The position numbers and the translations under genes were made by a program. This document shows, piece by piece, positions 63,232-64,000 of a stretch of 64,000 nt of DNA (position 1 is its first letter; each line of letters opens with the position of its first letter). The DNA is from Octopus sinensis (lineage: Eukaryota), in the NCBI RefSeq assembly GCF_006345805.1, contig NC_043011.1:26858464-26922463 (forward strand), read 5' to 3'. A model generated the notes under the pieces. That model worked only from the letters and a program-made list of their open reading frames with translations, was not told the DNA's origin and made no database searches.

Positions 63232-64000
63232 TGCTACAAGATTTTAAGGCCCACCTTCTATGACTGGATAATAGGCACAAGCATGCAATTTGCATCACAA
63301 CCACTGTGTGGCACATTGGGCAACTATCTTCTTCTATAGACCCAGATCATTCAAGGCCTTGTGAGTGGATGTCGTAGACAGAAACTGAAAGAAACCCATT
63401 GTGTGTTTGTGTGTGTGTGTATGTATAATTATATATATATATGCTTGTATGTGTAAGTATGTGTGTTTGTCTCTCCTTGTCTTGACATTGTGTACGTGTT
63501 GTAAATGGATATCATTTCATTTCCAATATTCTGTGAAAACATGTGTAGTGTAGCCATGAGTAAAAAAAGTTACCTTATTTGGAAGCACGTGCAGGTTGGT
63601 AACAAGAAAGGCATCTTGCTGTAGAGTGTTGTGCAATTCTCTCACCCTCCAGCTGTCACATCCAGTATATTCCATTTGGCCAAGGATGAAGTGGTCAATA
63701 GTGTTTCCATGTCTGCTCATGAGTGTATAGGTACTTAGAACAATTAGTGAAAGCATTATATATGTTACTTAGCCAGACTTGCTTGCTAGTGACACCTGGT
63801 TGCACTGCACAACACATGAAAGATATATTAACTCAAAATCCCTTTGTTATTTTAGTTAACTGAAATTTGTTTCATATTTTGGTACGAGGCCAGCAGTTTT
63901 GAGAGGAGGAAAGGAGTAGTTGATATGAGTGACCACAATACTTGACTGGTACATTATTTTATCAACTCTGAAAGGATGAAATGCAAAGTTGATTGCGGTG

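Overview
Very AT-rich, microsatellite-dense metazoan genomic DNA. The SINE repertoire and (TA)n/(CA)n density suggest Octopus or another coleoid cephalopod; this is inference. The window lies inside one large + strand gene. Eleven small exons (36-108 nt, all AG/GT, all phase-compatible) between 186 and 46153 splice into 243 uninterrupted codons encoding a RUN domain followed directly by a PDZ domain. The start codon and C-terminus are outside the window or not identified. The introns hold tRNA-derived SINEs, RTE LINE remnants, Helitrons, a Tc1-type transposon with DD36E spacing, mariner MITEs, a decayed Gypsy LTR element and Penelope-like remnants. The most unusual signal is a set of fold-back elements carrying minimal type I hammerhead ribozyme motifs. 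One is a TSD-bounded unit of inverted arm + tRNA-like Pol III head + hammerhead-bearing tail (62508-62905), with relatives at 26673 and 63062. Another is a 428-bp near-perfect palindrome with a hammerhead on each strand (15953-16380). No prokaryotic-type features (CRISPR, operons) are supported. Most listed ORFs are microsatellite or repeat artefacts.
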